Source of the DNA: Schmidtea polychroa
Lineage: Eukaryota
DNA: 64,000 nucleotides
NCBI GenBank assembly: GCA_044892525.1
Contig: CM097885.1
Span: 16,058,001-16,122,000 of the forward strand
Direction: 5' to 3'
The first letter of the stretch is position 1. Each line of letters opens with the position of its first letter. This document shows positions 59,933-64,000 of this stretch, in pieces. The notes under the pieces were generated by a model that saw only the letters and a list, made by a program, of their open reading frames with translations, did no database searches and was not told the DNA's origin. The translations under genes and the position numbers were made by a program.

Positions 59933-61369
59933 CAAATTTAAAAAAACATTTCAATAAAGAATTTATTTTGGGTTTTGATTTGTTTTATTGTTTGCCTTTT
60001 TTTATTATATTTTTATTATATTTATTATACGAGATAATTATTGTGGTAATTATTGTCATTCTCGCCTTCCATCCGATATCATCATCACGTGGCGGAGCGC
60101 TCACAGCAAATGCCAATTGCAATATCAACATCAATTATATAATTAAATAAAAGCAATTTAATTAAATCAAAAACATTTAATATAAATTAATTTGAATAAT
60201 TATTATAATTAAATTAATAATTAATTTGAAAGAAATGAAATTAAAATTCACCCGAATATAAGCGCTGACAAATCGCCTCAACAAATCAAGCGCTCCTATG
60301 ACGAGTGGAACTGACGAGAAAACCGCCGCTGATGTTATATGAGTTTTGGATAAATTATTGCTGTACTGAATGGCAGTAAAATGCAGCTAAATGCAATACT
60401 AACACCGCGTTATATCAAATTGATAAATGCCTTGAAGTTTCGCCAGCTATTTGTGAGGCATTTAAACGGAAATCAGCAACAACAATACTGATCAAATGTT
60501 CGAAAATTGCTTTCACATCTGTTTTGATAAGTTTACCAAAATTAGAGCTGTCGATTCGATGAGGGCAATCAATGCTTTCTAAACTCTATAACATTCTGTT
60601 ACGAATTCTTTTAATAATTAAACGAATTACCTTATTTAATCTTTCTTAAAATTTAGATCTCTTAAAGGTCTCGAGTCAGATTTACTAATAATATTATTGT
60701 TAATATAATAATAAAAATAATTAGATTTGTGCTGAGATCCTTTTTAAGAGCTATGACCTGATTTAATATTAAATAATGTAACATTTCATAAATTTATTTA
60801 CTTTTCATTCGCTAAATTTTCAAATACAATATTATTAAAACAAAAAAGATTTCATGTAAATTATTATTTAAATTAACAAATTTGATAAATTTTATGAATT
60901 AATTTTACTTATTAACAAACAACGAAATTTATCTTGAAATCTTGAAATTATAAAATAAAGAGGAAATCATTTAGGAAATTTATAAATTAGGTTTTAAAGT
61001 GAAGTCAATACCTTGAGGTGATAAGTGACTATTATGGGGTTTAAGGGGGTAATTTATAAAATTTTTAAATTATAATCTTAAATTAAACGAAAGTTGAGCA
61101 TACATAATAAAGTAATTTACATTAGCGAAGTTGGTACTTGATTGATGGTCATATTACTTGAGAGACATAAATAAAATTATAATTTCAAAATCCAAAATTT
61201 GAGTTAGACGTTTATAGGTAAACAATTTACATTAATACAATTAGGATGAAATTAGTAGTTGTAGCACTTTAGGGGTAAAAAATAAAATTTGTAAATTATA
61301 TTTTGATTCTCAAATACAAGATGAATAAATATATAGATAATCTATATTAGTGAAATTCTTAATAAGTAT

Positions 61370-62850
61370 ATGATTCCTAGCAATACACGAAGCAATCAAA
61401 CACTTCCAACATTTACTCGAAGGACGAAACTTTAAAATATTCACAGATCACAAACCGCTAACTAACGCAATCGAAATGAAGAATCCCTAACCAAGGCAGT
61501 TTAGACAAATCAACTTCATTTTACAATTCAACTGCACAATAAACTACGTAGCGGGAAAATCAAACATAGCATCTGACGCTCTATCAAGAAAAGAAAGTGA
61601 TATAAACTCCCTGGAATTCGAAGAGATAATCGAATTGGATCAAATTAAATTCAAACAAAACGAAACAATTAACAAACTCCCCACTAAACACAGTTTGAAA
61701 CTACAAGAACTCAACGGAGTAAGGCAGACGTCTCCAACGAAATCAACAAACAAATATTACTCCCGGAGGAATTCCGCGAAAACTGCATCGAAAAGATACA
61801 CAAGAAATATCACTCCTGAAACAAAGTTATATTCGAACTAATACACAAATTTTATGTTTGGCCTAACATGCGGAAAGACATCAAAAACTGCGTCAAGAGT
61901 TGTCACAGCTGCCAATTAAACAAGTAAACTTCCCAAGCAGCGAAGTCTTCGAAACAATACACACAGATATGATAAAATCACTACCACCAAACGACAACTA
62001 CAAATACCTCCTGACAATTATATACAGGAAACCAACTGGTTCGAAGTAATCTCAATAAACGAAATCACCGTAAAAAATATATGTGAAATGATTGAATTAA
62101 TTGAATAGCTCGTTATGACCGACCGAAAACAATCATAACCGATCAAGGCAGACAATTCGAATCAGAAATGTTCAAATTATTCTGCAACAAATACAACATC
62201 AAAAGGAACCGAACAACAGCTAACAACCCACAATAGAGCGGAAAAATCGAACGGTTCCAAGGAAGATTAAAAGAAAACATAAGAATAAAAGCCAATGATC
62301 AAAATTTGTTAAATCATCTACCCACAATACTAATCGGACTGAGAAATAGTCCAAGCTCAATAGATAATGAAAGTCCAGCATACAAGGTTTTCGGAAAAGC
62401 AACAAATCTACCATCACTCAAAAATTAAAAACAGCAGATAACACAGAAACAAACAAACAAACAACTAACAATAAAAACGGAAATACAGAAAAAAACCCAA
62501 AAGAAATATTAAAAAGGAGATCGGACTCTGAATTGGATGGAAAAACAGTACTAACAACATCTTTTTATTTCATCATAATAAAAAAACCATTCACAAAACG
62601 TTTCCAATCCAAATATGAAGGTCCATCCAAACTCCTAGAAATTAACAAAAACGTCGCCACAATAATCAAAAAAACAACAAAAATGAAAATAAACATAAGA
62701 CGAATAAAACCTTATCACCTGAACGAAAACCCACAAAACAATCCACCAGAAAACAAACACAAACACAAACGAAAACACAACCAAATCACAAAAACATCAC
62801 ATTTCCCCACAAAACCTCAATCAAACTATTTGACAAAGATACAATAATCA
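61370..62850 (+). pseudogene. Ty3/gypsy RNase H-integrase relic (longer paralog of 10975-11820); polypurine tract at about 63131-63141
   Basis: KIFTDHKPL, ITDQGRQFESE and QSKYEGP..LLEI..NIRRIKPY occur in broken frames; aaagggggaag precedes TGT at 63142. Confidence 0.7.
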
Positions 62851-63769
62851 CACCCTTATACAAAAAATGATACAGCGATTGCCTTAAATAAAACACCCAT
62901 AAAAATAAGGAAAAAAACAAAACACATGTACAAACAATGTCAATTGTACAGTTGTTTTTATCAATTTCGTTGTATATATAGAGTAAATTGTAAATATTTT
63001 GTTTTATCCAGTTTGTAGATACAAAGAAACAGAAAGAAAATACATAAAAACAAATAATACACACTAAAAAAAGGTTATTGAATGGAATTCTTTCGTTACC
63101 TTTTATTGATTAATGTAAACCTCCGGTGTTAAAGGGGGAAGTTGTGTAATGTGCAGTTATATATTTTATTTATTTTTAAACAAGGTTTTGCGACGCCTTG
63201 TTATTTTATTGAGTGTAGATCGCAATGGAAAAAGAATAAAAAATACTATATAGTGATAATTAACTATGGTAAAATATCGCTATACAAATATCGACAAATA
63301 AAAAATTCAATAAACAAGAAAACTGAAAGTCAAAATCTTATCCCAACGTTTCAATCAAAAAGAAATTCATTCTATAATATTTATTCTACCATCCGTTATT
63401 CCTTTCAAACGTTAAAAAAGATTCTCGAATTAATCCAAGAAAGTAAATTCGCCGAAATTAACGAAGGATTAACATTCGTTCCCTCTCTAAGGTTTTACAA
63501 TTTTCATTTAAATAAAGTTGGATTTTTAAATTATTAGTTTGTTCATAAAACTAATTTATTTTAATAATACTTTGGTGATTTCATTGCAATACTATCTAAA
63601 TTTTGTTTTTATTCGTTTTATTTCGTTTGTTCATATAACTAATTTTATTTTAATAATACTTTTGTGATTTCGTTGTATTATTATCTAGATTTTATTTTGT
63701 CTACTCATAGTCATAAAATCCCTACACAACACGCACCCCGATTGTTCCACCACATTTTTAACGGTGATT

Positions 63770-63990
63770 CTATTTTTAGAACTATTACACAATCGATGCC
63801 TAATATTTTTAGAACTATTACGTAACCGATGCCACATATTTTTAGAACGATGCCTAATATTTTTAGAACTATTACATAATCGATGCCTCATATTTTTAGA
63901 ACGATGTCTAATATTTTTAGAATTATTACTTAATCGATGCCTTATATTTTTAGAACGATGCCACATACGATGACTCATACGATGACTGAA
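63770..63990. repeat. 21-bp satellite plus TGACTCA repeats, an inverted relative of the Maverick spacer (33230-33550)
   Basis: gatgcctaatatttttagaac is the reverse complement of the spacer unit. Confidence 0.8.
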
Positions 63991-64000
63991 AAATTATTAT

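Noticed and set aside
63685-63978. Repeat-derived ORFs (63685, 63764, 33903, 32821, 30226, 16196) and ORFs spanning N gaps
   Set aside because: They are translations of satellites, microsatellites or Ns, with no protein-like content.

Overview
AT-rich eukaryotic, most likely animal, genomic DNA with short (mostly 40-60 nt) GT-AG introns and four N gaps. Host genes or gene pieces: DUSP12/YVH1-like phosphatase, a 5' piece of TMEM104, a divergent PSMA6-like proteasome alpha subunit, a 7-exon TRAF (RING-Zn-coiled coil-MATH) with a duplicated MATH exon near 59.4 kb, and the 3' half of a GIGYF-like gene. Most of the rest is nested mobile DNA: hAT relics, Ty3/gypsy relics, a MITE and two Maverick/Polinton-derived segments. 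Three things stand out. (1) A 13,454-bp Maverick-derived element (26601-40054) has AGTAGT/ACTACT ends and a 6-bp ACTATA target-site duplication, and is almost entirely a palindrome of two ~6-kb arms. Each arm carries an intact protein-primed PolB whose N-terminus is split by six introns, all predicted phase 1. (2) An adjacent Maverick integrase/capsid remnant carries two intron-containing Bcl-2-like genes. (3) An unrecognised dispersed family (two intact copies, two relics) has a 253-aa ORF under strong purifying selection, flanked by non-coding RNA stems that show compensatory base changes between copies. All alignments, splice models and RNA folds were done by eye; no database searches were run.
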